Of a stretch of 64,000 nucleotides of DNA, positions 37,600 to 50,713 are shown piece by piece; position 1 is the stretch's first letter; each line of letters starts with the position of its first letter. The notes under the pieces are model-generated. The model had not been told where the DNA came from and searched no databases. It saw only the letters and a program-made list of their open reading frames with translations. The stretch comes from Lama glama (Eukaryota), in the NCBI GenBank assembly GCA_028534125.1, contig CM052816.1, forward strand, positions 24,678,001 through 24,742,000, in the 5' to 3' direction. The position numbers and the translations under genes were made by a program.

Positions 37600-37825
37600 C
37601 TAAGAGCATGGACTTTAGAATTTGTCTTGACTCCATCAGTGAGACGTCTGGGATACTGAGCCAGTTAAATAACTTCTTTAAGCCTTGATTTTCTCACTTG
37701 TAATCACAGGGTTAATAATAGTAGTTGCCAGAAGGTCCAATGATAGATTAAATGCTTGAGCAGCTCTTAGCTTAGCATCTGGCAGTTAGTAATTGCTCAA
37801 TAAATGCTAGCTATTATTATTATTT
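37600..37825 (+). mobile_element. MIR
   Basis: taagagcatggactttaga...aacttctttaagccttgattttctcacttgtaa...gctcaataaatgctagctattatt. Confidence 0.8.
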
Positions 37826-40309
37826 CTAGTAAGTCTACTGGCTCTTAGGTCATTTATCTCCAGTTGTAGAGATGTCAGATCCTTTCATAGATAGCATTTT
37901 CAAGAGATAAATTACATAGGGTCTGCTCAACCTTAGAAATGCTGTATGAGACTTGAGTGATCTCCTTTTTCAACCAAGAACTAATGCAAACAAAGCATGT
38001 GACAGGGACACACGGGGTGTGCAATGCTGTATTCCTCAATTAGAATTTGAGGCCATTCTAAAGCGAGAAGAAAAGATAACTTGTGTGTGGATGAAGTGAC
38101 ATCGATTCAGCACAGATACGTGAACTGCTACTAAATATAATCAGATATTATTCAAATCAGGCCTCTGGTGTAGCATTCTAATGACAACTCTCCTGAAAAT
38201 AACACTTATTTCAGGATCCTACGTATTAAAGAAGCCCAAGGTTGTTCACATTCCTCAAAAAGGAAAACTGTCAATAGGAGCTCTGAGTCATGCTTCATAC
38301 AACAGTGACACCTGTTCTTTTGATTAGATTGAATACATATATTTAAGAAACCAGAGAGATTTTAACTTTCAAATACAGGAGTTAAATACCTCTCCTTAAA
38401 GCTCACATTGGAATCCCAGGTCAAACTCATATGCAGAGAGAGCTTTAGAAAAAGGTCAAGGTGTTATTGCTGATGTCTATGCAGAACCTAGATATTCATT
38501 TGGGATTTTTTTTATACATATAATCTAAAGGAAAAATATGGCAAGAGTGAAATCAGAAGTCTTTTGATTTTGCTTTGGACATGTGGTGATGTAGTAATTT
38601 CTTATGATTCATGGAGAACTTTAAAACATGTAAGTTCTGATCTCTTCATTTTATTTAGTGACCAGAAATTAGAATCTATAGATGTAAATGTCTACATTTG
38701 AGGCAAGAAATTTGAGAAGTTATTTACACTGTGTCTGTTTCACTCTCAACTCAAGCAGATTACAATTTGCTAAAAAATGGATGGGCTTTACATCAAGAAA
38801 CATCAGGTACTGACTGCCCAGAGAGCCTCCTTATGCAACCATGCTCCTCCGCAGTTTGTAAAATCTATATTATCTTTGGCTACTTGAAATAAAACTAGTT
38901 ATTTTATTTGATCCAGAATGATCCAGAATTCTGAGATCTAAAGATTTATGCCTTGAGCACCCTTTATGATATTCTCTTTAATAAACTTACAAACTACTTT
39001 GTAAAATGTGAATTTTTCAGTGGGAGTAGATAAGTGTTCTGATTCAGAAGCCATTATGCCCACTGGAGAAATAATGCATTTCAGTAAGAGAAAAATGAGT
39101 GACACTTTCCATTTCTTGTGTGAGATTAACCAAGGATGTGTGAAAAATTGCTTCTGAGGAGTATTTTCATGGGAAGCAGAACAACTTAGTTTCTGAATAT
39201 TCAAGGTGATATGCTGCAAAGGGAAAAAAAAATCCTACCCTTTCAGAGGAAATGTGTGTGAGGTCATTCTCTTAACCTTGGTGAACTCCAGCGTATCAGG
39301 GGCAATGTCATAATTAAAAACTCATTTCACAGCAGCTGATTAAGCTTTGATTCACAATTACAGTGTCTTTCAAAAGTCTCCTCTATCTGAGCATTTTGAA
39401 AATATGATGGCTTCATTATTTGTTATATTTCCAAAGTTAGAGCTTCAAAGGAGCTGCAGAAACTTTCTCAATCATCTAGAAAGTCATGAATAAAACATGC
39501 ATACCCAGAATTTTAAATTAAAGTAATTAGACCACATTAGAATCTTAAAAAAAGATTTAACATCCATGTCAATGTGGAGAAAGATGCCCTTCATTAAATT
39601 ACATCTTCCTGTCCAACGTTTTAAACTGCCCCTTTTAATGTAACATTAGGAAAATAATTACTGTGATGAAGATAATTTTAAAAAGTAAATGTTAGAAAAT
39701 TCAGACCACAACATTTTCAGAGTATCGTTCCAATACATTTTTTTCTACAAATTACTTGAAATTAACAAAGCAATATCCTAAAATTTATATCAACCTTCTG
39801 GGTCCAAAATAACAAGTGTAAGCTGAAGGCTGATAGTTAACTGAAGACTGGGTGGTTCTACTATGGGCAGCAGATAAGTATTATCTTCATGCTAGCACTT
39901 GATAGATTGTAAGATTAAAACATTTAAGGATAGAGTGTTGAAACAATATAGCTCTTTATTTACCTCCAGATAAAGTTGGTAAGCTAAATTTGAGACCTGG
40001 GAGTGCTCATTCAAGAGACCTCCAAATTTAGGGAAAATGCTAGCAAACTAAGAAAGATCAAGTTGGGTTCAGTGGAGGAAAATGGAGATAGGTAGAGAGG
40101 AAATCCTGTGGCTTACATATCACATAGTCATATTTCTATTTTAATTAACCATCTTCTAGATACATAGTCCCTATATTAAATATTTCTTGCTGAAACTCTG
40201 CTTCTTGGGTCATTTCCCATAGACAGAGACAACTCTATTGTACAGTGGAAGTCAAGGGCAACACAGAATTAATTTTATCCTATAGCATGATTTTACCCTT
40301 TAGCATAAA

Positions 40310-40518
40310 AGCAAACTGCCAATGGTGCTGGTCCAGGGACAGCACTGGGAGAGTCACTGGGTTAGTGCTGTGCCTTTTGATCCTGGTTGCACATTAGATT
40401 CACCTTTGCCTTACTCTGGACTTCCTGACTTAACTGGTCTGGGGTAAGGTCACATCATCAGAAGGTTTAAAATCTCCACAAGTGAGTCTACTGAGTAGAC
40501 AAGAAGGAGAACCACTGA
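40310..40518. mobile_element. MER5-family hAT fragments
   Basis: gctggtccagggacagcactgggagagtcactgg, then cctggttgcacattagattcacc...aactggtctgggg...gagaaccactg. Confidence 0.6.
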
Positions 40519-41225
40519 GCCTGTGTAATCACATCATAATCAGGCCCAGTGTACCATGGGGAAAGCTACTCACTAGACTTGAAGCTCTAAGTAATTTCAA
40601 CCTTGTCTGCTTCTGCATAAGTTGGCCATCCAAATGATTGTGGTTTGTACTTGTCTGGGTATACAGAATTGTCAGCATTGGCCCTGTCAGTCTGTCTGGA
40701 CTAGTCAGAGTTTCCATAGAGGTTAGGACTTTCCTTGATGTGTCTGAAGGGATTTGGTCACCCGGTCAATCAATGGCTCGGGTAAAATGTTGTATTTCTC
40801 TAACATCTTATTGCAACTCTGCCAAGATCTGCATTTTGTTCTTTCGTTTGTTTTTCGGTTGGGAGTGAGAGTGGAGGTCTCTAGCTCGTACCCTCTTTCC
40901 CATCAAAGTGCTCAAAACTTGGTGATTAGGCCTGAGAGAGACCAACTTAAGCTTAGGAGGAGGATGCTCCCCATTTAGGAGTTGAGAACAGGGTTAGATG
41001 TTGGGGAGATAGCCTCCAGGTCGTACCCCATTCTGGGCTTCCTTCCCTGTCTCTCAGCAGCTTTCTCTGATCCAGCTCTGCCTATGACTGGACCAGGGTG
41101 GGATGCGTGTGTGGGGAAGCTCCTGACTGCTGGAGCATAACAGCCACCCTGTCCCACTTCTGAGCCTCTGAATGTGAGGAATGCACTGGAGATGTTCAGG
41201 TGAGAGCACAGGTTCTGTAAGTAAA

Positions 41226-41330
41226 ATGATCAACCATCTTTTTTCTTAGGGCCGTCCTTCTTTTAGACTGCAAGTTCTGCATTTCAGGAAAGCCCTCATG
41301 CCCGGCGAATCAGGACTGTTGGTCACCCCA
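41226..41330 (-). mobile_element. MER81-like hAT MITE
   Basis: The reverse complement gggtgaccaacagtcctgattcgccgggcatgagggctttcc...gttgatca has gggtgacca-type TIRs. Confidence 0.7.
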
Positions 41331-41361
41331 TAGTAAACCACCCCACCCAATACCCTACCCA

Positions 41362-41475
41362 GCGCTTCTTCATCTGTAAAATGGAGATGATAATATGGGC
41401 TGTTGTGATGATTAAATAACATAATATGCCGAGAACTAACATTTCCTGGCCCAGTTACAATTTAATGAATGGCAT
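41362..41475 (+). mobile_element. MIR fragment
   Basis: cttcttcatctgtaaaatggagatgataatatgggctgttgtgatgattaaataa. Confidence 0.75.
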
Positions 41476-41589
41476 TTTCTAGTTCCATATCATGCACAAA
41501 TGAAACTATTTAAAGCAAACCTCATCGTTTTATATAATAAAGTCAAATAAGAGATCTAGGAAACCTTACTAAACATAAGGGAATTTAGA

Positions 41590-43170
41590 AGAGCTTATAT
41601 CTCTTTGAGAAGGTCGTGGGTGATGTAAGATTTGAGAGACGTCTTCAAAGATGAATAGGATCATGACGGGCAAAGAATGGAAGGATGTGTTTTAGGCACA
41701 GAGAACAGCAACACATGACAGATGCCGTGGAGCCTGAACTGTGTCCAGAGACAGTAGAACTGAGGTGATTTGGCTGGAATGAGTAATTATAGAAGCAGAT
41801 AAAGTTAGAAGGCTAAACTGGGAGGTGTAAAGTCAAGATGAACAGTTGGTTAATTTAGTACACAGTTGAGAATTATTGAAGTTTTTTTTTGTTTGTTTGT
41901 TTTTTAGCAGTAGAGGAATACAGTAGGGAAATAGAAGAAAAAAAAAGAACATTGAAGGAATAACTCTGAAAGAATTTATAAGCCTTTTCCTTCAAGTCAG
42001 TCAGTACTGATTCCAAGAATGGGTGCCAAATACTTTTCAAGTGATTTTTGAAGTGGAAAGAAATGCCCTTGAGAAGCTGTCTTATTAAATATGTGCTTAC
42101 AAATACTGGGAATCAAGGGCATTCTATTCTTCTCTCTTTAGTAATCACTAGGAGGGCTTTCTCTCCTAAAACAGCTGTCAACTTGTGAGATGTCAGTTGG
42201 TCGTTCAAATGATATTCATTCCATTTCAACTATGTGCCGTGGAGCACATCAGGCAGTGAAGACAGAAAACAATGCATAAAAGGCACATTTCCTGCCCACA
42301 AGTCACCCAGTGTAGTTGGGGAGGAAGAATGGGCCCACCTGTACAAATTACCAAGTGGATCCCAGCAGAACAGTGTTTATGACCAACCAAGTGATTCCCT
42401 TTTAGATCTTACAAAACCAGGTGAATTTCAGCCCTAAGACCTACCATTACTCTGTTTTCTTCATTCCTCTACCTCAGTTGTATATCTAGCATTTGACTAA
42501 GCACATATAATGGAATGCAGATTGCTCCCAGAATAAATGCATCAGGCTGTCTTTATTTTTGATCACAAATACATAAATCACAAGATGCCTCTTAAAGTTC
42601 ATCTTAAGGAACAATATAACACAGTCTATGAGCAATTCAGGCTGATTTACAATCATCTTCTCATTTAAAGGCAGATCTACTCCAAGGGAAGTGAAAAATA
42701 GCTTTTTGGGGGGGATTGAAATGAGTTATTTGCTTTTTTAAAAATAACTAACTCAGGTGGCTAATTTGTACGGTTTTGAGAGCTGACTTCTTGCCAATTA
42801 ACTTAAAAAATTTAAACAGGGATATAAAATTCAGTTTACTCAGAACTAATCTAAGCAAGGGGGAAATCCACCTTTCAACCTGATTTTTTAAATAATTTAA
42901 CTCAGAGAAAGTTTTCAGAGCTATTCAAAACATTTAAAACAAAATCCTTTAAGAAAACGTTTATAACAGTTTCTGATATTAGGAAGGTAAAAGCATGTGC
43001 CAAGTGCTTCCAGCCAATTATTGATAAATTTCGTAGGGTCAGCCAAAGGATACGGGCTAGTGTCTGCCCTCAAGAGGTTTTCAATAAAGTTGTGATGACT
43101 TATATGCATAAAAATTGAATATTAGGCAGCCTCTAGAAAGTGCTGAATAATTGGAAAAGAAATGAAATGA
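41590..43170 (-). mobile_element. Scattered L2 fragments (about 41590-41990, 42200-42400, 42980-43170)
   Basis: tttgagagacgtcttcaaagatgaatagga; cattcc...actatgtgcc...cctgcccacaagtcacccagtgtagttgggga; tctgccctcaagagg. Confidence 0.5.
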
Positions 43171-43364
43171 AATGTATTAAGAAAGCTTGTTAGTGTATGC
43201 TTTTTAAAATCATTGAATTAAAATGACACCTTAGATCTTACATATATGAGTCATAAGTAATCAAAGTTCCATTTTAGGTAGGGTTACCGAAGACTAGCAA
43301 GGAGAGAAGCCTTTCCATGGGTATAATGAATGTTAGGTATTTTTATTGAAAAAACTTGGATGCA

Positions 43365-43818
43365 TTTCCATTAGGAAAATGTTTCACTGCAAACAGAACT
43401 AAACCCTGCTACAGACACAGGCACAGAGAAGAATTTTCTTTTTGTGCATAATAAGAGGTCCAAAGACTTGTGCAGCTGCCGCACGGTGTCTGCAACATCA
43501 TCAAGCACTCAAGCATCTTTATTGCCTTCTTTTCTCATTCTTCACTGTTGAAAGAGGGCTGCTGGATCCCCAGCCATCATACTTGAATACAAAAAAGTAG
43601 AAAGGAGAAGGCTGAAGGGGCGTGCCAGTCTGCCTCTTTTAGGAAGCAGTCTTCGGAGACCCACCCAGTTGCATTTGCTTAAAGACTGTAGGGGAGAATT
43701 GGGTCACAAGGCCACCTGTAGATGCAGGGAGCAAGAGAAGCTGTTCTAACTTTCCAGCTGTGAAGTTGAGAAGGGAGTGGGGAATGCCTTTTGTGAGGCA
43801 GAACTCAATGTCTGCCCT
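43365..43818 (-). mobile_element. Old MLT1 (K/L-like) MaLR LTR
   Basis: gctgctggatccccagccatcatac...agaattgggtcacaaggccacctgtagatgcagggag...aatgtctgcc. Confidence 0.6.
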
Positions 43819-43959
43819 AGTGACTTTTTAGTATCATTAAGTTTGGGAGAACATACACTTTTTGCCTGAGACAGACCTGGTTTATTTGTAACAATCTAGT
43901 GTCCCATCCAATTAAGCATTAATACTATGTTATTTTAATTTAAAAGATGAAATATTATT

Positions 43960-44066
43960 TTTAAAATTTTATTGAGCCATAGTTTACAATGTTGTGTCAA
44001 TTCCCAGTGTAGAGCACAATTTTTCAGTTATGCATGAACATACATATATTCATTGTCGCGTTCTTT
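43960..44066 (-). mobile_element. Short lineage-specific L1 3'-end insertion with TSD
   Basis: agtttacaatgttgtgtcaattcccagtgtagagcacaatttttcagttatgcatgaacatacatatattc. TSD agatgaaatattatt (43945-43959) / agatgtaatattatt (44067-44081). Confidence 0.85.
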
Positions 44067-44550
44067 AGATGTAATATTATTATTGTTAGTTGCCTTAAAA
44101 TAAGCTGGGAAGTGTTAAGCAGACCTCTACTTTGTGTTTCCAGATTCTTCCCTGGTCTTGTCTGGAAGTGTGTGAGATCTACAAGCTGTGTGTTGGCAAC
44201 ATAACCAATATCTCCCTTTCAAGACAAGTTGTGGGGTACTCAGTGATAAAAATGGTGTCCTTGATCACTGGTGACTAGGGACAGCTAACTCCTTCCAGTC
44301 TTGAGTAGAGGCAGGAGAAATATTTTGGTGCTGTCACCCCGTCAGGCCCATTGGTATCTTAACCAGTTGTGTGGCCAGTGCTTCAGCCTGAAACACACGA
44401 AATCACTTGTCTGCATTCAGTGGGATCAGTGGGAAATTACAGGTTAGATCTTCCTGAAATGGGTGCCAGAAATAGAAGGGCACAGAGAGCATGGTCTGAA
44501 TATTCTTACATAGTGATTTTACTATTTATTTTGTGGTATAAATCTACGAA

Positions 44551-45043
44551 TGTCTTAGTTTTGGTTCTCTTGAGACAGAGCTTAGACGAGGATTAGAGTG
44601 AAAGTACTTTATTTGCGGAGTGCAAGTGATCTCTGTAGGGTAGTGGGGAAGGAAATCAGAGCAAGGAAAGAGGCCAGTAAAAGTTACACTATTAAGCCAT
44701 TTACTGCAGTATGTGACTGGAGCTTAATCCTGTTCAGAAACTCTGGCAAGTGGTGAAAAACACACAGTTCAGAATTATTTCACTGAAGGACCACAGTGTT
44801 GGGGGTATTTCTGCATCCACTCAGCTACTTCTTTAGCTGGCAGTTTCTTCTGGGGAGGGGGTTATTAATTGCCCAGCACCTCTGACTTTCTGTACAAACA
44901 GTCAGCACTGCTCTCCCCAACTCTGAGGGTTGGGTAGAGGAAAGGAACCCTTTGTCACAAGATGCAGATACTGGCAGGAAGTTGGCTAGAGGACACTGAT
45001 AGGTTGGAGGGATATTTGCAGGGTACTGATAATGTCTGCTTTA
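44551..45043 (-). mobile_element. ERVL solo LTR (LTR33/LTR16 group)
   Basis: tgtcttagttttggttctcttgagacagagcttagacgaggattagagtgaaagtactttattt ... gggtactgataatgtctgct. Confidence 0.75.
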
Positions 45044-45252
45044 ATAATTATTTATTTTATTAATTTTATAATGCTTTAAGAATGTTTTCAGCAAACCATG
45101 TAGTCAACAGCGAGCCCAAAGGAATGGAAGTACATGCATAATCAAAATTAAGTACTGATTTTTCCTAAGAAATGTGATAATGAATGGTTAACATTTGCTA
45201 TCTGCTGTGGGGGTCATAGTGGTACCACTGAGCTCATGAAAACCAGAAGACA

Positions 45253-46130
45253 GGGAAATGCAAATTAAAACAACCATGGGATACCGCTACTCACCTATTA
45301 GAATGGCCAGAATCCAGAACACTGACAACACCAAATGCTGAAATGCATGTGGAGCAACAGGGACTTTCATTCATTGCTGGTAGGAATGCAAAATGATACA
45401 GCCACTCTGGAAGGCAGCTTGGCAGTTTCTTATAAACTAACATACTCTTATTATAGGATCCAACAATGAGATTAAAACAAATGTCCACACAAAAACCTGC
45501 ACATGGATGTTTATATCAACTTTATTCATAATTTCCCAAACTTGGAAGCAACTAAGATGTCCTTCAGTAAGTGAGTGGGTAAACAGTGGGTAAATAGTCC
45601 AGACAATGGACTATTATTCAGCACTAAAAAGAAATGAGAGATCAAGCCAGGAAAAGGCATGGAGGAAACCCAATGCATATTACTAAGTAAAAGAAGCCAA
45701 TCTGAAAAGTCTACATACTGCATGATTCTAATTCTGTGACATTCTGGAAAAGGCACAACTATGAACACAGTAAAAGATCAGTGGTTGCCAAGGATTCAGA
45801 GTAGGAGGAAATGAATGGATGAGACACAGAGGATTTTTAGGGCAGTGAAACCACTCTGTATGATACTGTAATAGTGAATACATGTCATTATACATTTTCC
45901 CAAACCCATAGAATGTACAACACCAAGAATGAATCCTAATGTAAACTGTGGTCCATGAGTGATAATGAAGTGTCAGTGTAGCACGCATGATTGTAACACA
46001 TGTTCCACTCTGCTGAGGGAAACTGATATGGGAGGAGGCTATGCCTGTGTGGGAACAGGGAGTATATGGGTCATCTCTGTGTCTCCCCTCTCAGTTTTTC
46101 TGTGAACCTAAAATTCCTCTAAAAACAAAC
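45253..46130 (+). mobile_element. L1MC1/2-like 5'-truncated L1 with perfect TSD
   Basis: gggaaatgcaaattaaaacaacc...ttctgtgaacctaaaattcctctaaaaa. TSD aaaaccagaagaca at 45239-45252 and 46131-46144. Confidence 0.88.
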
Positions 46131-46729
46131 AAAACCAGAAGACACTGATCTGCTGAAGGATTATCAACTACTTCTAAAGTTAGTAGATTTAAAGACTGTT
46201 CCTAAAGGCAGCAATTAAACATGTACATCTAGAGAAGGTACATTTACTCTGTGAAGTATGACTTTAGATCAAGTAGGTCTTCTAAATTAATTTTGCTCAT
46301 GTTCAGTTCCAAGTTTTCTTGTACAGCTTATAAAGAGGAGTAACAGCTGTTACAGCTTGGCTCTATTACCAGAAGAACCTTGCAAAATTATATTATGCCA
46401 ATATTTTGTAAGTGCCATCAAAGGCTGCAAATAGAAATCAGTAATTCTAATAGTGAATCCAGTTTTTTTCTTTCAAAGTTTGGAATTAAAGTGAAGTTGC
46501 TGAGACTTCATTTTGTTGACAGTGAAACACTTCACCTTGTTGGGAATGCTACCTTAAGATTCCGTAGTAAGTTCAACACTATAGAAAAAAATTGTTTTTG
46601 CCTTAATAATCTGAATGTAAGTGTTGGTGGTGCACAGAGTTAAAGTAAAACATTCTTACCAGATTAAGAAATTTGTGAAGCAGGAATGTACTTGGAATTG
46701 GTTGTGGTAAACGTAATTCATAATGGTAT

Positions 46730-47260
46730 CCAAAGAAGATGTATATTTCTACATATGTACACATCAGGAATGTGTAATTATGTGCACCAGTAGGCATGTG
46801 CATTCTTGTTAAAAGGCTGGAAACTACCCAAATGCACATCAGTGGTAGAATAAATAAACTTCAGTGTATCTACCCAATAGAATTCTACCAGTAATGGGGA
46901 TGAACAAATGATAACTATGTGGTAAACATAAGGAGTCTGATAAGCGTGTATGACGTATAAGATTACATACAGTTTAATTCCACTTGTAGAGAGTTGTTCA
47001 AAAACAAGTGAAGCTAGTCTACGATGTTAAGGGTTAGGACAGTGGTTACATTGGTCACAGAAGTGGAGGAAGGGGAAGAAGGAATCTAATTATCAGAAAA
47101 GTATATGGAGTAGCTTCTGGGGTGCTGGTATTATTCTATTTTTAGATCTAGGTGCTGGTTACAAATGTGTTTAGTTTATGAAAATTCATGGAGCTGTGCA
47201 TTTGCCATATGTGCACTTTTATACATGTATGCTATATTTAAACAAAAGTTTACTTAAAAT
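46730..47260 (+). mobile_element. L1ME 3' end
   Basis: ctggaaactacccaaatgcacatcag ... gcttctggggtgctggtattattctatttttagatctaggtgctggttaca...tatgtgcacttt. Confidence 0.8.
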
Positions 47261-47364
47261 AGTAGTGATCACATAACAGATTTGGTGAACAAATATCACT
47301 GAAGATCTTACCTAGCAGGTGTATGAAGCCATCAATATCCAGTTTTTAAAATATACCCTTCTCA

Positions 47365-47708
47365 ACCCTTCTACACTGTTGGTGGGAATGTAAACTGGTG
47401 CACTGGTGCAGACACTATGGAGAGCAGTATGGAGATTCCTTAAAAAACTAAAAATAGAGTTACTGTGTGATCCAGCAATCCCACTCCTGGGCATATATCT
47501 GGAGAAAACTCTTAATTTGAAAAGACATATGCACCTCAGTGTTCATAGAAGCATTATTTGCAATGGCCAAGACATGGAAGCGCTCTGAATGTTCATTGAC
47601 AGATGAATGGATAAAGAAGACGTGATATATATTAAAATGAAATACTACTCAGCCATGAAAAAGAATGAAATAATGCTATTTGCAGCAACATAGATGGACT
47701 TAGAGTTA
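47365..47708 (+). mobile_element. L1 ORF2 C-terminal fragment lacking 3' UTR and tail
   Basis: [33 protein letters not shown]. Homology stops at gatggacttagag. Confidence 0.9.
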
Positions 47709-47709
47709 C

Positions 47710-48655
47710 AATCTCTGCACCACAGACTTCAAAGTCCCTCACGTGTTGGAATATTGCTGCTTTCTACTCAGCACGGGGCCTGGAGGCTCTGAGGGTTCCT
47801 TTCAATTCTGCCCTCAGACTTCAACAGGCCCAGTGTGCCTACACCTCTGTGCTGAGTCTCTCAGCATTCCTGCCCCTCCCCCGGTGGTAGACTGCAGCTG
47901 TCTTGTACTTCTGAAGGATCCCAAGTGCTGGAAGTTTTCTCTTGTTCACTAGTTTCACCTTCAGACTTAGGTGAGTCCTATATGTCTGTGCCACAGAGGT
48001 ATCTGTCCGTTCTCCTGCTTTAACACCAAACTCTCTCATGACCACTTGGTTTTGGTTTAGACCTGTGAAAAAGCTGATGAGTAGGTGTAGACTCTCTGTG
48101 TCTGGGGCTCTCAGGGACCCTAAAATATTATATCAAGCCATAATTCTCTTTCAGGAATTTATTAAATTTTCAGCTTTTTTTTTTCTTACTCACATCTATG
48201 GTAGATTTCTTCTCGTCTTGCTGCCCTGCCAGAGGTGAAATAATTAGTGGTTCTAGTCTCTTCTTGGAGGAACATTTCACTCTTTGGATTTCAGTTTATT
48301 AGTTTATCTAACAACCCCTAGCTCTCTGACGGGCTCAAGAAATTATTATTTGTGTATTGGTTGACGTGTTCTCGTTGTTTGGGAGTGAATAACTTTCACT
48401 TGTGACTTTCTACATTAGGTGTTGACAAACTTTGATACATGGGCCAAATCCTGCCCATCACCTGTTTCTGTAAATATAGTTTTATTGGAACACAGCCATG
48501 CCCATGTGGCTTATATATTTTCTGTGGCTACACATTGAGTAGTTGTGGCAGAGACCATATGGCCTGTAAAGCAAAAATTATTTACTGTCTAGCCTTTTAC
48601 AGAAAAAAGTTAGCCAACCCTTGTTCCACATATTAAACAGAAGCAGAAATCCCCC
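47710..48655 (-). mobile_element. Probable ancient L1M 5'-end region (split by MER58A)
   Basis: ctctctgacgggctcaagaaattattatt...ctcgttgtttgggagtga...ttctacat|attaaacagaagcagaaatccc resembles antisense L1ME-type 5' ends (recalled). Confidence 0.45.
48416..48623 (+). mobile_element. MER58A with 8-bp hAT TSD
   Basis: gggccaaatcctgccc...tttattggaacacagccatgccc...ttacagaaaaaagttagccaaccc. TSD ttctacat (48408-48415) / ttccacat (48624-48631). Confidence 0.9.
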
Positions 48656-49317
48656 GATACTTTTAAAATTTTGTTGCATCCTGGAATGAAATTACAAACT
48701 TTGAAGGAAACTCACTGTGTTTCTTGGTTAGAAGTGAGAATGACTGTTCTCTGTATTCTACATTGCTGTTTTTTTTAACCAGTGCACGTGTTTTGTGCTT
48801 GATTAACCTGACTTTCATCTCTGGATATTTGTTTGGCAAATGTTAGGTCTTGTTTTTAAAAATGGTATGCTTGCTTATGAAAATGATACTATCGACTGAA
48901 TTTTGAGTTGTTTTTCTAATGATGATGTGTGGTTTGCATTAATCCATATATCCGTATCCTCCTAGAGACCAAGGCTTCCCTTTTAAGGCCTCTGATAGAG
49001 GTTATTAGTTTATTGGCATAGGTTTGATAAAGGAAAAAAATGAACATGTAGTTAATAATTTACATGACCATGTTGTCTCTGTTACTTCTTTAACTGGCTG
49101 TATTAGTCAGGTCCATCAGTAAATATGAATTTGTACTGAGGCATCATTGCCAGGGAGATGAGAAATACAGTAATCAATATTTTCTTGAGTTTTAGTTTTT
49201 TCTAATTATAAGCTCATTTGGAAATAAACAAATCTGTAGGGAAAAGCACAAAAGTAAGTTAACCTTGACCATATTTTAACACTCAGTTTATTTTCATTGA
49301 GTCCTTTTTTAAAAAAT

Positions 49318-50240
49318 ATTGAATTTTGTCAAATGAAATTTTTGCATCTGTTGAGATGATCATATGATTTTTATCTTTCATTTTGTTAATGTGGTGTATT
49401 GCATTGATTGATTTGCAGATGTTGAACCATCCCTGCATCTCTGGAATAAATCTCACTTGATCATAGTGTATGATCCTTTTAATGTGCTGTTGAACTCACT
49501 TTGCTAATATTTTTTTGAGGATTTTTTAATCTTTTGTCATCAGGGATGTTGGCTTGTAATTTTGTTTTCTTGTGGTTTCCTCGTCTGATTTTGGTATCAG
49601 GGTAATGCTGGCCTTTTCAAATGAGTTTTGAAGTGTTCCCTCTTCTTCTATTTTTTGAAAGAGTTGAGAAGATTGATATTACTTCTTTTTTAAATTTTTG
49701 GCAAAAAAATTTGCCACCAAAGCTGTATAGTCCTGGACTTTTGCTTATTGGGAGGTTTTTGATTACTGATTCAATCTCCTTATTAGTAATCACTCTGTTC
49801 ATATTTTCTATTTCTTCATAATTCAATCTTGGTAGGTTGTATGTTTATAGAAATTCATCAGTTTTTTTAGGTTGTTCAATTTGTTGGTGTATAAATTGTT
49901 CATAGCAGTCTCTCATGATCCTTTGTATTTCTGTGGTATCAGTCCTAATTTCTCCTCTTTCGTTTCTAATTTTGAGTCCTTTCTCCTTTTTTCTTAGTGA
50001 GTTTAGCTAAAGATCTGTTGATGTTGTTTATCTTTTCAAAGAATCAGCTCTTAGTTTCATTGATCTTTTCTATTGTCTTTTTAGTCTCTGTTTCATTTAT
50101 TTCTGCCCTATCTTTATTATCTTCTTCCTTCCACTAACTTCAGGCTTTGTTTATTCTTTTTCTTGTTATGAGCTGCAAAATTACGTTGTTTGAGATCTTC
50201 CTTGTTTCTTGATGTAGGCATTTATCATTACGAACTTCCT
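49318..50240 (-). mobile_element. Internal L1 ORF2 fragment (EN-to-RT linker region)
   Basis: Minus-strand ORF NYEEIENMNRVITNKEIESVIKNLPISKSPG. The plus strand has gatgttgaaccatccctgcatctctggaataaatc. Confidence 0.92.
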
Positions 50241-50699
50241 ACACTTCTTCTTAAATTCTGTGAATATGTGGGCACAGAGGCTGTGTGAAAATGTGGGTAT
50301 GTCTTGTGGTTTGCATGTGGGATACCCTGGGCAGAGGGAAGTCCCAGGAGTTAAGTTGTTGCTTGGCTACCATACACAGCTTCTGTTCATGTCTCAGCAT
50401 TAGCTGGAGAGCCTAACATTTATTGCTAGCATACTCCCCACCCCACTACCCCAACCCACTCAGAGGGCTTGTGGCTAGTCCTTTGGGAGATCAGATATTT
50501 GTTTGATGTCCTTGATGACAAAGAAACCATAATCTTGTTCTATGGACTGTCCTTCCCTCCTTTCAAGAGTATGATCATATTTTCAAGAAATTGGTTTTAT
50601 ATTCAACCTCGAAACTTGCCCAGTTCTCAGTGAAGTTCCACTGCCAGCAGCTTGCATGAGGCAGAATGCTGATTTAGCTCATAGGATGCATTGAGCCAC

Positions 50700-50713
50700 A
50701 TTGCCATGGTAAC
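50700..50713. promoter_or_regulatory. RFX X-box-like motif
   Basis: aTTGCCATGGTAAC, 13/14 to GTTGCCATGGYAAC, in non-repeat DNA. Confidence 0.4.
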
